In this document: positions 27,042-40,804 of the stretch, piece by piece | How the letters are laid out: each line of letters opens with the position of its first letter | Position numbering within the stretch: the first letter of the stretch is position 1 | Assembly: GCA_053919585.1 (NCBI GenBank) | Contig: CM132795.1 | Source of the DNA: Euprymna scolopes | Taxonomy: Eukaryota | DNA length: 64,000 nucleotides | Reading direction: 5' to 3' (one strand) | Notes under the pieces: model-generated | Databases searched by the model: none | What the model was told of the DNA's origin: nothing | Seen by the model: the letters and a program-made list of their open reading frames with translations, nothing else | Translations under genes and position numbers: made by a program

Positions 27042-28335
27042 CGAGGGGTGTGCAATAAGTAATGCCCCTGACCCACTTCCCTTTGTCTGATCTAGCTGAA
27101 ATTTTGCATATGCAAGGTTTTATATCTCTAAGGATTATCTGGCAAATTACAACTCTGAACTAATTGTGGTTTCTGTTTTACAGGTGTTTGAACTGAGTCA
27201 GGTGTGAAATGGAGCCTGTTGAATGTCGAGCAGTCATCTAGTTTTTGTATTTGAAAGGACGCACAACACAGGAGACTTTTGATGAAATGAAAGAAACTTA
27301 TGGTGATAATGCCCCATCATATGACCTTGTAAAACCCTGGCATCGTGAATTCAAACATGGCCAAAAGTCTGTGGAAACAGCTCTCAGACCTGGTCGCCCC
27401 CCTTCTGCCATTGATGAGGCATCTGTCCGTCAAATTGAGGCTGCCATTTTGGAAGATCGGCGCATTACTATTCGCCAAATAGCCCAAGATGTCAAGATTA
27501 GTACAGGGTCTTTGGAAACTATCATTCATGACCATTTGCATATGCATAAGGTGTCTGCCAGATGGATTCCCAGGTTGCTCACACCATTCCAGAAGTGAGA
27601 ATGCATCAAGTGCTCGAGGATGAGTTTGGAGATGTGCCAAGAAGATGAGTCAAAATTTTTCAAAAGACTGATTACACAGGATGAAATCTGGGTCCATCAT
27701 TTTGATCCAGAGACTAAAGCCCAGTCAATGCAGTGAAAACACTTGGACTCACCACCTCCAAAGAAGACAAGGGTGCAGCCCTCCGCTGGCAAGGTCATGC
27801 TCACAATCTTCCGGGACCAGGACGGAGTAGGGATGACAGATTTCCTGGCAAAGGGTACCACAATTACAGGAGCCTATTATGCTTCACTTTTGAGGAAATT
27901 AAGGGAAGATATCAAAATCAAGACGCGGAGCAAAATCAGTAAAGGTACTCGCCTCCTGCAGGACAACGTTCTGGTCCACAACTCGCATGTCGCCAGATCA
28001 AAAGCACGGGCGTGTGGCTATGAAATCCTCCCCCAATCCTCCCAACTCTCCTGACCTTGCACCCTCTGACTTTCACCTCTTCCCAGCCATGAAGTTGTTT
28101 TTGAAAGGAAAGCATTTCCCAGATGATGCAGCCTTGATTTCTGAAGTCACGTCGTGGTTGGAGGACCAACCTGGGGTGTTCTACAAAAACGGTCTCCAGA
28201 GCTGCATCAAACGATGGGAGAAATGCATAATTCTGGGTGGTTCCTATGTAGAGAAAGACTAATAACTGTGCCAAGTTTTGTTGCTCTAATGCTATGGGAA
28301 GTGGGTCATGGGCATTACTTATTGCACGCCCCTCG
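27042..28335 (+). mobile_element. Full-length mariner transposon (1294 bp) with a disabled DD34D-type transposase (27209-28262)
   Basis: 40-bp TIRs with 2 mismatches and TA target duplication on both sides. Motifs WIPRLL, DEIWVHHFDPE, QDN and SPDLAPSDF; three in-frame stops and one frameshift near 28035. Confidence 0.97.
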
Positions 28336-28999
28336 TATGTAGACTGTGCAGACTTAATTTCTCACTGGCTTCACCAGCCATTTTCTTTGCAGTTTAAGTG
28401 TTAGTGTATTCCAATAATATTAATAGAAAGGAATTTTGAAAAGCGGAATAGTTAATAATTCTCAGAAATTATAATGAGTGTAGGGAGTTCAGGTGTCCCC
28501 TGGGAACCCTGCAAGTGTGGATGCAATTTACTTGGAGCCAAGTTTAGCAAATATCAATCTATAGACACTTTACAATGAAGCAATGTTTACTTGATTAGTT
28601 TTAAAGACTAATATTAGAGACGGAATGGACACTTTGCAATGAATGTTTTCTTAATTAGTCTAGGAAAATGCACCCAAGGTATTGATGCAATATACAATAA
28701 AGTAATTTTCATTTAACTGCGGTTGAAGACTATGCGTCAAGTGTTGCACCACAACATAAAATTAACTGGAGCGAGGTCTCAATCTAAAATAAAATTTCAA
28801 TATTGTTCATTAACATCTTTAGAAAACGTTAAACTTTTAACAAGTTCAGAGTTCTCCTTGTTCTGCAAGAAACTTTATGAGCGAAGTTGTGTTGTAAACG
28901 TCAAGTTTTCAAAAGCAGATTACTTGAGAGCATTTAGATTAGAAATGAAAACTAAAAAAAAAAAAGATGAAGTAATCTTATCAGCAAAAAGAAATGAAT

Positions 29000-30730
29000 G
29001 GGTGGTGAACGATTGACTGATGCAGCACTAGGGTTTCATACTGAGTTGAAGGGAAATGCTGTCTTTCATAAACAGGTTGACTGAAGAAATACCTTGCAGA
29101 TTTCAGCAAGTTCACAATCTTGCAAATAAATACGCTTTTCTTACACTTCTGCTTGATGATAATTATGATTGTCAGCTTGGTGAAGTTGACGAAGATATAA
29201 AGATAATTTCTTTGCCGAAAAGAAGAGATTACAGTATTTGTGAAAGCTTCAGGAAAAGATAAAATCAATGGACCTCTTCAACTTTTGAACTTTATACAGA
29301 AATACCACCTTGGGGATTCCGTCCCTAATATTGTGATCTTGCTGTGCATTTTCCTTATTCGAGCTATTAGTATTGCCAGCTGTGAGCGCTCTGTCTCGAA
29401 ACTGAAGCTCAAAAACTTTCGATCAAAAATGAGCCAGACAAGGCTTACAGACTTTGCAACCTCTCTACAGAGAGGGAACTTGTCGATAGAGTGAATTTTA
29501 ATAGTTATTGATAACCTTGCCGAAAAGTATGTTTGTAAATTTTCCAGCGATTTGATGGCTTGCAATAGTTCTCTTACAAAAAATAAATTCATAGCTTTGT
29601 TTTCAATTCATAAATACATTTATTTAAAAAAAAATTAATTTAATTTAATAAAATAATAACATATTTTTAAAAGGATTGAAACATTATTAACAACAACAAA
29701 TTTCTTAGATTTTGCACTTAAACCGAGCGATTGCACACACGGATTTCAAAAAGCATGGATACAAGACATTTTATTCTCCTCGGGAGGCTCGACCTCTTAA
29801 TAACATTATGAAGAAAAAGAAAAGAAAACTACCTCGCAGTAACTTCTTTTTGATACAGCCATGTTTTTTTTTTAAATCCGGAAATAACAATAATAAAAAG
29901 TAAATAAAAATGATTTTTTAACCTTTTCATGTTTTTAAATTTTCTCATTTAAATTTATAAATTCAAGTTTCAAATATTCTCATTTTAATTTATGAAAAAA
30001 AAAACTTTTCTAAAATGTGTGACTTTCCATTTCTTAAATTTTGCGCTTAAACCGAGCGATTACACACCAGTATTTCAAAAAGCTCCAATACAAGACGGTT
30101 TTTTTTCTCTTCAAGAGGCTCGACTTTTTAATTATACCTTTATGAAGAAAAGAAAACTACATCGGACTATCCTCTCTTTGATACAGCCATGTTATCTGGC
30201 GAACATCCGGACTTTAATGTCAACAAAAAAGTAAATAAAAATGATTTTATCACTTCATAACATTGTTGTCCAAATGTTCTCATTCAAATTTATTATTATA
30301 TTTGTCTGTGTAGCCAATTAATTTAACATTTTTTTTTAATTTGAATTATACATTTTTGTTATGAAAAACACTATTTGGTTTATTTTGTTTCGTTTACATA
30401 ATTCCCCTCAGATTAATGTTTGCATACTTATTATTATTGAAAAGAATTTGTTAAATTAAAATAAAAAAGGGGAATTGTGTAAACATTAGTTCAATGAAAA
30501 TAAATATTTTGAGAGCTTTTTTGGAATTTTGAAGGTTTTAACTGGTTGTCATATGCCAATAGTGAGGGGAAGGGGGGGGTAAGAGGTAATCCTATACCAG
30601 CGAGAGCGGGGGGGGGGACATAACATGTAAATATATGCCACCGGGAAGGGGCAAAACAGGTAATTATATGCCAGCGGGGGAGGGCAAATTTTACGACCGC
30701 CCCAGGCGGCAAAAACATGCTACGCCACTG
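29000..30730 (+). mobile_element. hAT DNA transposon 3' remnant
   Basis: hAT C-terminal dimerisation motif PNIVILL.IFL...SIASCERS.SKLKL..FRSKMSQTRL (29240-29494); right terminus GCTACGCCACTG at 30719-30730; left TIR not found. Confidence 0.8.
29701..30290. repeat. Diverged tandem duplication, period ~330 bp, inside the hAT 3' region
   Basis: tttctta.attttgc.cttaaaccgagcgatt...gaggctcgac...tttgatacagccatgtt...aaagtaaataaaaatgatttt occurs at 29701 and 30030. Confidence 0.85.
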
Positions 30731-30814
30731 CTCCTATAACTTTTTTTGTATTGCTATTCATTTGAAAAATTATTTTTACTGTTAATTAAAAAAAAAAAAA
30801 AAACTTTGTTTAAT

Positions 30815-31026
30815 ATGGGTCGTGGAATTGCATTCATTTGCAAAGATCTAGCTAATTTGCATTTTATTTTACACATTCATTTGAATTAATTCCCTATTAG
30901 TTTTTCGGGATTTTTTTTATGGTTTATCATCTTTAGTTAACTATTACGTGTAATTATATTCATGCAGATATTCTACATGATTTATATTTTATATTTGCGT
31001 AAAAAGGTTATTGTAAACACAAACCT

Positions 31027-31068
<42 letters not shown>

Positions 31069-31465
31069 TAAAAAATTTTGCCTACCAAACTCCTGTCAAT
31101 TTTTTGTCTACAGACATGAAACTTAATATATAGAGTATTCAAACACATGCGAAAGTTTATATTTGGGTTTTAGCCAGTGAAAGTCAGTGCAAAGTGTGAA
31201 AATAAAAAAATGGAATTTGCCAGGTGAAGGTCGAACGACGGCATTACCAATATGCATGTGTAACATAGTAGGTATTGGTTCATTTTTTAATTTTTAGTCT
31301 TGCAGTAAACATGTCTTTATAGCTCAGGCATTAATGTCAAAGAAAAAGTAAATCGTAAGTTAAACATTTTGGTTTCTATTCTCGGTGGTGGCGCATGAGT
31401 CATTTTTTGTTTTTAGACTTTTTAAGCGTATTTTACAACCGGGCGATGCCACGCAGCCTGCTAGT
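30815..31465 (-). mobile_element. Helitron-like non-autonomous repeat
   Basis: Homologous to 7700-8452; ends ...ccgggcgatgcc.cgcagcctgctagt. Confidence 0.65.
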
Positions 31466-32120
31466 GTATATGAGAGATATATATATATATATCCTAATCG
31501 AAATTGATTGAACAAATTGCAAACTTTTTAAATGATGAAAGATGAAAGAACACATCATAATCAAACCTAAATATATTGAATATTAACAAGACATAATAAT
31601 CAGATATCAATTTCTATTTAGTTCTAAGATAGCAACATATGAATTGGTAAAAGTTTTGTTAAACTTTTTTTTCTAAGTATGCCTGATTATAGATTACGTG
31701 ACATAGAATGGTCTCCCATTGACTGATTTAGCTACGTTGTCACAATATAAAAGTTGTAATACGAAGTTCACTTCTTCTTTCCTATTCTTTTCATTTTGAC
31801 ATGTAACATCATCGGTCATTCGGCCTCAATCTAGATCAGTTCTGCCAACATGCATTTGAGGTAGGAACTCTACACATATAAGAAAGTACGCTTTTCATAT
31901 GTCTACATATTAACCTTTGACATGTCATATTTGGTTTAGTACTTTTTTGTAGCGTATTCTAAGAAGAAATTCGTTACATGATTAAGAACAAAACTTCTGT
32001 AAAGGGAGGGAAGGAGTCAATTGTTCCATTCTGTCAACGTGTGTAAATTAGCAGATTATACTGAAATATTTGCATTTTTAGGGCTGTGTTCTTTTGAAGG
32101 AATATTTTGCCGTCCACCTG

Positions 32121-32230
32121 TATACAGCATTTAAGATTCCCAAATGGTCACCCTTCTAGTAATAGCCAGGTTCAATGCGGCTTACCTTCAGTAATGTGAT
32201 GACACCTGCTGTGTCAACGTGATTATCCCG
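32121..32230 (-). pseudogene. 5S rRNA-derived sequence, near full length, diverged
   Basis: Reverse complement ataatcacgttgacacagcaggtgtc..actgaaggtaagc..cctggctattactagaagggtgaccatttgggaat..gctgta aligns to 5S rRNA. Confidence 0.7.
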
Positions 32231-32559
32231 TGTTACTCTTAGTGCAAAATAAATTCTGATATAACTTAAAGTATAAAAAAATGTATTTAGTTTTTAAATT
32301 CTCTCTTATGTATACAACATTGAAATAGATCCTGTGGTGAAATCCCAGTTTGTGAGCTTTGGTGAGTGACCTCTTGGTTGTCATTACCCCCTGCCTACTC
32401 GACCAAAAGTTATGCCCGCAAAACAAGTTAATTTACAAATCATTTGTATGATTAACATACTTGTGGTTTAGGCAGAAAATAGCCTAATAAGAAAATAGCC
32501 TAATACCGTAAACTCAACAATCAACTCCAACTTTTATTCATAGATTTAGCCACAGAGAA

Positions 32560-33185
32560 ACCAAACGTTAGAATAAAAAACTTTAAATTCATTTTATTTA
32601 CAGGCAACAAATACATTGAATACATTGCCAAGGTTGCTGTAAAGAAGGTGGGGTATCTCAACTCTGTTAGAAAATTCACATCTGATTCTGTATCTTTACA
32701 AAGCCACGATTCGCCTATGCATAGTATTGTTGCCATCTATTACTAGTATCTCTCTCTCTTAAACAGAGGCCAAAAAAGGCTATCCAACCTAATAGTTCCC
32801 ATACTATTAACCAAGCACTAACTCCTGTCTCATCCCCGTGCCTGTTTTACAAATATTTTAATGGAATCTGCTCTGACGAACTTGTAGCACTTCTGCCTTC
32901 TCAACGTACATACCCCCATCTAATCTAACAAGTATCAAAATACCAGGACTTCACTGTAGAGGTCCCTAGATACCAAAAAACCTTTTGTTTTAATAGTTTT
33001 TTTTCTTTGAACTGATAGACTTTAGAATTCTCTTCTGATCTCTTACTTTTCTGATTGTACTAACATATTAGAAATTTAAATGTAATGCTGCTCAACTCCC
33101 TACAGTGTTCTTGCAGATATAATCTCAAACAGTAGCCTCTTTCGTCCAAGTAGCAATATGCCTTTTTGGAGTGAATAAAAGTAAA
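32560..33185 (+). mobile_element. CR1/Zenon-type LINE 3' fragment
   Basis: YIEYIAKVA.KKVGYL...KATIR..YCCH...FYKYFNGICSDEL; same family as 9158-9880. Confidence 0.8.
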
Positions 33186-34371
33186 CATAAATAAACTTCA
33201 TTTATTTTTTCTTTAGTTTTAACATTTCACGGGCGTTGTTTCGGAAAAAGAGGAAAGAATTTTTTTCTGGGTCGAGATCTATCTCACAAATATCGTTGAC
33301 ATGTTTTCACCTTGAAGTAGTGTTTCTTTTTAGCTTGCTACAAGTAGCTTCATGCCTTGTCTGAACCGTTTTCCATAAACAAAAACTATATTTTCAGTTA
33401 ATACTAAATGGGATGTTTGTAAAATACATCAAATCTCTTGAATAAAACCGATACTGAACAAATACTAACTTGTAACCTAGTATTCGAGTAATAACTGCAA
33501 TCACTTAAAAAAAAAACAGTTGACAAAAATAACTTGTATATTAATCATTTCCTCCATCCTGATCCATAATATTGGTAGGATCCAAGTGACTTCGGCCTGA
33601 TCTTTAAAAATCTATCGATGTTATAATAAGGTTAATTTCCTTCCAGTATCGTTTCTTTTGAAACTGTTCTCTAACAATGCCCATTAATTGTTGTTATTAT
33701 ACGCGATTGTCAAGATCTTTTTGATTCTACTGAATAACTTTAAAATCTCATGATATATCTATTCTGTTCAGACACAATTCATCTTTTAAACCTCCATCGA
33801 AATACTACATACAATATGTGTTTATATGATTAGTGTTAATGTTATCATGAAAATCACATCCGTTAATATTTGCTTGCATCTAATGATGAATTAAGTTTAG
33901 ACCGTGAACTGAATTTAATAAGTTTATCAAGGTAAATAATCGGAATATTTGCAAAAAAATTGATTCATCATTGCATCTTTTATAATGTGTTATTTTAATG
34001 GCTTTGAGAATTACATCTATCTCAACTGTTTGTCTTAATTTTCCATTAATTTCAATGGGAAATAAAGCCAAATATTTCAACTGGGTTTAAATACTTCAAT
34101 AGATTTATAAACTTTTGGCACATATTTTGGTGAGGAATCATGTGCGATTTTTAGTAAAAAAAACAAAATAGTGATAGTTATGTGTTTACAAAAAATAAAC
34201 CCATGGTCTGCTTTCTACTCTCTTAATAACAGCATACAATCAAGAATTTTCATCATTGACCATGAGTCACCACTTATCAAGGCTGAGAAGCCACGTGAGG
34301 ATAATGATTAATAAGATGGATATATTGACAGTTGAACAATGAATATATGAGAAAATTGTAAACTGTAACTC

Positions 34372-34590
34372 AAAACTTGTGGAACTCTGTTCCGTCTGCC
34401 TGCTTCCCACCGGACTACGACTTGGATGTCTTCAAGTCTAACGTTAACAAATTCCTAATGAACCGCCCCCTTAAGTAAACACTTCATCAAATCTCCACAC
34501 TAACGTAATGTACTTGCAATAACCCTTATCCCTGAGTGGCTTCCGGGCCTTGATAAGTGGTGATCACTGTGTAAAAAAAAAAAAAAAAAA
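34372..34590 (+). mobile_element. LINE 3' end with poly(A) tail
   Basis: KLWNSVPSACFP.DYDLDVFKSNVNKFL-like end, then 3' UTR (cctgagtggcttccgggccttgataagtgg, also seen ~11040-11075) and an A-run. Confidence 0.7.
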
Positions 34591-35304
34591 CAGCAACCGA
34601 GCAGAAAAACAGCAATTTTTCCTCCTTGATCGGAAACATTGCTCAGGTAATGCGAGGACTAAAAGACAAAATAATAAGCAAGTGAGAGTTATGTGGTTGC
34701 CAAAAATAAACCTACGGACTGCTTTCTACTCTCTTAATAGCATACGGAAAAAAAAATACCACAAAGAAAGTTCATAATTGATTATGAAGTGAAATGTTGT
34801 AATATTTATGAACAATATATCCAATCTTATATTCCAGAAAATGAATCTCAAACTGCTTGTTAATAAAAATGTGCGAATAATTTTGATAAAAAATAACATT
34901 TCCCTGACAATCGAAATAAAATCCACGTCTATCATGTAGCCACGGTTCGAAACTACTATTGCAGTCTGGCATTCAAGTTACTCTGACGCTACTTGACTCG
35001 AATAATCTAAATCGATGAAGTTTTTAATGGAAATCAGTCCAGACAAGACATGAAGCCACTTGATCTCAGAATTTAAAAAAACAAATACCAGTTCATAGTC
35101 AAAAACTAGCCAACGATAAATGTTATATGGATAGATTACAACCAAGAAAACAGCAATTCTTCCACCTTTATCAGAAACATAACTCATGAAATTTGAGATT
35201 TAAAGGACAAAATAAGGGAAGATAATCTTATAAAAGAACGAAGATGGAATAAATTATTTGTCAAATAAGAAGCGATAAATCAAAACATAAATTCTTTATT
35301 TCTG

Positions 35305-35497
35305 CATTTTTGAGATGAGGATTGATAATTCGTATTATTCGGACTACTGTTTTCATCTTGAGTGTGTGCAAGGGCCTGTGGCGTAGTGGATAATGTATTT
35401 GGTAAAATTCAGTTGTAAGTTGCACTCTTCTGGAGGTTGAAGGTCCAATTCTTAGCAGAGGTGATACAAAAAAAATACAATTGCGAATTATACAAGA
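35305..35497 (+). mobile_element. Family-2 element: inverted 3' tail (35305-35365) abutting the tRNA-like head
   Basis: ttttgagatgaggattgataatt...catcttgagtgt followed by GGCCTGTGGCGTAGTGGATAA...GGAGGTTGAAGGTCCAATTC. Confidence 0.75.
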
Positions 35498-37122
35498 TTG
35501 CTCATTTATATTTCGTTGAGTTCAATATTTCATATGAAAAAGGAAGCACACATTAATTGGTTAAATTGATTCACATGACATATAAAGTTTCAGTCAGATC
35601 GACCTAGTAGTTTCTGAAAAAAAGATGAACAGACTAAGATAAATATAATATAGATTTCTAGCAGAGTAATTATTGAATTGTTTTAGTTTTAATAACTTTA
35701 AATCTTCTTTTGTTTCATTGTAATTCAGTCGAAGTTCTCAGAAATAAAGCCCCCTTCCTCCCCTTCCTAGGCCTAACACTTAATCTCTATATGAGATACA
35801 TAGATATTCGAATATATATTTCATTAAAGTTCTCCTTTATCTCTCAAACACTGAATTAGTAAAGAAGTTGAGAACATAATTTCTTCTTCCCCAATTGATC
35901 ATTTAAGCATATCTTTCTTGTGATCTCTTGGTCTTAGTGGACTCCAGGACAAGAATTCATTTAGTCTGGCAGAGTATCCAGCTTCATGCTGTTACTTGAG
36001 GTAACATTGCTTGGAGAAGATGCACCATTCCTCAAAAAAGCCATTGTGGGTTAACTATACTGAGATCTTATTTGGGCAGCGAATACTATGCCATATTGAA
36101 CATTTAGTCACTGTTTACTTGTATCCTCATGTTATGTTATCATGACAAACCCATGTAAAGAGAGACATAGTGTCTAGTAGGCATTCAAGTTCTCTCCTAT
36201 ATATGCCTGTTGTAGTGAACCATAAGTTTAAATAGTTTTAATCTAAAAATTCAGAAGTAATAATAAGCAGTGGTTTCATGTGCGCCAAAAGGAGGACGTG
36301 TTCAGTTTGCAAGCTATTGTTCTTTATAATGCTAGTTACTGAGCAACAGTCAACCAGCTCTCTTTTCTGTGCAATTACCATTAGCTAATATGTTTCAACC
36401 ACAATTCTGATAGCACATAGGGATATGTGATCGCTGTTAAACAAACAGAAATTCTGGTGAACTCAAATAATATCCGATTTAATATCCGTTTTACAGGTTG
36501 GCCTGCATTGAATGGCTTTTAGAAACTGTCTTCCAAACTCGCCTATCTCTAACCAGGTCTTTATTTATCCATCAGTTTGTTCAGTTAACAGCCCATTGTT
36601 CTGGAGCAGTAAATGAAGTTATTCTTTCCATACTTTTTTGAAATCGTACGACCCACTTTAGAAATAGAATGCTTACATAACCAGATGTCATTGCAAGGGA
36701 TGCCAATGTGAAGGGTCGGAACCTGGAAGCAGTCATGTGGAATCAGGATATTTAATGTGAGCGTGTGAACTCCACCATCTCGACATTGGTCGGAAGAGGA
36801 TGATGATGATGTGTGTTAACTTGGAATCATTATAAGATAGAATTGCAATCAGTCACATGACATAGACATTTAAAAGGTTAATGTGACTTGTTAAATTAAA
36901 TAAAACTTGTGAAAACATTTTACCTTTTGTACTGAACCTTAAAGCACAATGCTAGAGCTATAATAAAAGCACTTCAAGAAAGGATTTGAAAAAAAAATAT
37001 GTAGATTCACTTTGACTTGTACAACAATGTCTTATTCACTTTAGTTTTAACTCTTTTCTGATTACTTAATCCAGAATTCAATGGTTTTGCAAAAAGATTT
37101 TATGCTTCAAATTCTTAATATC

Positions 37123-37167
<45 letters not shown>

Positions 37168-37194
37168 TGCTTTAGTTATCTATTCACTATGTAA

Positions 37195-37600
37195 GTTTTG
37201 TATATATCATCTGATGCAGTTTCTAGCCATACTTAACACTGATTCAATTTAACCCATATATGGAATCTTGGGGGGGGGGTATTACTACTTTGCTGAAAAG
37301 TTAGGATTATATATTATAACCCTGCACCAGTAAATAGAGATGATGATATGAATTTCAGCAAGAGTTATATAGTACATGTCTGAATAACCTTATGGCACAG
37401 AATTAGACTGATTTGCAACTAGCATAATTAAGGCGAGGGTTCAAAAACTAGGTCCTTAAGACAAAACGTGCTAGAAATACAGGTGTCGAATGATATCACA
37501 TAGAGATGACGTCGGGTGTTCGGGAAAATAAACAGAATTTATAGAGTTTGAGTCTGGAAACGACATGCATTTGAAAATGTAGAGAGAATCTAAATGAATA
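37195..37600. repeat. Copy 1 of a ~400-bp diverged direct repeat (copy 2 at ~40033-40415)
   Basis: Shared blocks ctgatgcagtttc, ctgattcaatttaacccatat, atgaatttcagcaagagttatatagta, tgctagaaat.caggtgtcg and gagagaatctaaatgaa. Confidence 0.85.
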
Positions 37601-38754
37601 CTGCCTCGAGGCTTTACCTGTGCATTGACCATCTTAAGATAAAGTTAAAAAACAAGTTAAAAGTAACCAAAATTAGATTGATCTCGCCTCTTATGAACAA
37701 TCACTCTCCAAATAAAACCTTTGAAAACCAACAAATCTCCATTGTGTTTTATGCATGAGTAGATTAGTGTTCAGTTACATAGAAAATCAATAACCACAAG
37801 GAAACAACTACACATGGAAAAGCAATCATAAAAAGAAAATGAAAGACCAGTGACCGCACACGTATGTAAAAAGACTGTTTCGTTTATTGTTTTTTATTTG
37901 CTCACTAGCAAAACTGCACAAATTCACAATGTGCATTTTACGTAAAAGACATGTGCATCAACTGTCTTTTAACTTTTATGAAAATGGTAGTAATTACAAC
38001 TAAGGTGTGATCATCAAAGATAAACAGAAAAAAAAAATGAAAAAAGATATGAATAAATGACATTAAATCACCGGAAAAGTTGATTTAATTCCGTTGCATA
38101 AGAAAAATACTTTTTGAAAAAAAAGTCCATTAAATTGTCAATATAGAATGAGTGGCATCGGTAAAAAATACATTCCATCTTCAAAAATGCTTTCCATTCT
38201 CAACTGATACCTTATTGTGACCTTTATTAAGAATTATTATCAATCAATATTTTTTAAAATTCCTATGGCATGCGATTTCATACAGGGTGTTGTAGTTTTG
38301 GCTAATTTGAATCAGTCCATGTTGATTGCAAAGGTTAAATCGAATCCCATCTTTTCAATATGCACGAATAATTTAACGCAAGCGAAAGTCATTTCAAACA
38401 AATGATTAATGATGAAAGTTATGTCGAATGCACAGTATCAATTATTAATTTTCGTTCTCTCAATTTCAAAGAAAAAATATTTCAGTTCCAAATGACAGAA
38501 GAAAATGAATGCTTAAATGTAATAATCGAATGCAAAATAGACTCTGCTTTGAGAAAAGCTTAACGTCATCAAAACGTGGAGAAAATTCCGGAAGATTCAA
38601 TTTCAAGCGGAACTCCAATTTTGTAGGAATGCAGCCCAACGTGAATTTTAATGAGGTCATAAAAATTGAATTTCTTGAATTCATTTAAAAGGCCAGAATA
38701 GTTACGAAATTTCTTGTCATAAAATAAGTGTTGGAGAATAAGATTTATCATAAT

Positions 38755-39258
38755 GGTTCTGAATTTTTGAGATGAGGATTGATAATATGCATTCTTTCGA
38801 TTATTCAGACTATTGTTATTTGCAGAACATTTCAACAGATGTTAACCTCCGACCTCGTTTAGGTGTATTTATGTCAAACTCTGAAATCTGTATGGCATTT
38901 CGAGCGAAACACTTTTCTTAATCCACAGAGTTAGTATGCTTGTTCTAACTGGACAGGACTGCAATTTGTAGTTATTGTATCGCTCGTAGTTATCCGTTAC
39001 GCCATGGATCCTTGCAAACAATTCATATATGAATTTTGAGAGCCATTAAATTTCTGCAAAGACTTCTACCCATGCATGGCAGACAGAACGAGTGCATGCT
39101 TATTCTGTGGATTCAATAAAATGTACCATTTTAACTTCCACACAGATTCCTGAGTTTGACAAAAAGATCCCTTGAAGAAGATCGTAGTTTATATCAGCCA
39201 AAACATTGTGCGAATAACACTAAAGATGAGAACAGTCGTCCAAATAATACCAATATAA
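38755..39258. mobile_element. Family-2 element, head-to-head inverted pair
   Basis: Minus copy ~38755-39020 and plus 3' duplicate ~39060-39258 carrying the shared tail. Confidence 0.75.
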
Positions 39259-40032
39259 TGATATACTATTTACATTTCAATGAGTTCAATATCTCACATG
39301 AAAAAAGAAGCTTACATTAATTGATTAGATTGGTTCGCATGACAATTTTACACATTATGGCTGGAATCATAAAGAGAAAGCAAACCGATTCGTTTCAGTG
39401 TCTATCTATTGACACATCCGTTATTAATGATTGAGCTCCATACAAGCAATCCGGAATTAAAAGGTTCTTGCAAATGTTTCAGCCTGTTTTTAAATCACTA
39501 AAAGTATTAATTTTTTATTTTAATAATTTAAGTGAACAGTTGTTCAGAAGTTTGATTAGCTTGGTAGTACCACTGGAGCACATGAAGTAGCTGGTGCTAG
39601 ATTGATTGCAAGGTTTTGGAATGTATGCAGTAACTTTTTATGTACTCATGAGTCACTGCTTATCAAGAACCAAAAGCAACTCGACGATAAGGGTTAAGTT
39701 CAGGTATTGTGCTATTTCTAACTAGCATAGCGTTAGCACTATTCAATATGTGATAAGTTTATTAGGCATGTGTAGGCAGTGTTATGGTGCAGCAAAGTAA
39801 ATCCTGGCTAGTGAAGGGTGAGAAATGCGTTGCATAGCGAGAAGTGATATTATAATAATACAATGGATGTAATGGATAATTTGTGAGTCTTAAAAGAGAG
39901 GCATAGATCTGATGACTTCAGAAGAAGATTTGGAGAGTAGGAAAATGTTTGCAAAACAGATTTTGTTGGTATGGTCATTTTGAACGAATGCATTAGAGTT
40001 ATTGAATTTATAGATGTAGAACAATTAAAATT

Positions 40033-40415
40033 ATATATCACCTGATGCAGTTTCAAGTCATACTTAAGACTGATTCAATTTAACCCATATTTGGATCCTT
40101 GAAGGTTACTACTACTGAAGAGTTAGTGCCCTATGCCATTAGATAGAGATGATATTAACTAGCATGAATTTCAGCAAGAGTTATATAGTATATGTCGGGA
40201 TAACCTGCCGGTAAACGGAAATAGGCTGACCTGCAACTAGCGTAATTGAGGCGAGCATTTAAAGATTAGCAAAACTTGCTAGAAATGCAGGTGTCGGATA
40301 ACATGACATAGGGATTACATCAGGTGTTCGGGGAACAAAACAGAATTTCTAGAGTAAAAGTCATGAAGCGAGGCAGGCGACATGCATCTAAAAATATGGA
40401 GAGAATCTAAATGAA
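40033..40415. repeat. Copy 2 of the ~400-bp diverged direct repeat
   Basis: Colinear with 37195-37600. Confidence 0.85.
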
Positions 40416-40804
40416 AATTGTCTCTGGTCAGTTGGCAGGGGAAAACTAAGGATGGACTTTAGATAAAGATGGATAAATAAATACCTGACCAAAGATAGAT
40501 TAGTTTGGAAATATATTTCTAAAAGCCATCTAATACAGCCAGCATGCAAAACAGACGTTAAACCGAACATGATGATGTATATTTTATCATGTAATACCGG
40601 GAAACATTTATCTAAGCAAATGCTTCAGTAAACAAATTGTTCAAAGAAGAGTCATTGTTCTATTGAATTCATAAATGGGCTTATTGCAGGGATGCATACA
40701 TTTTCCAGGCTTCAGTAATCACTGTAAACATATTTGAGACTTGATCAATACTGTGTTAATCGCTGATGGGCCAGGAAACTGGAGTTCAAGCCTCAGTCAA
40801 GTCA

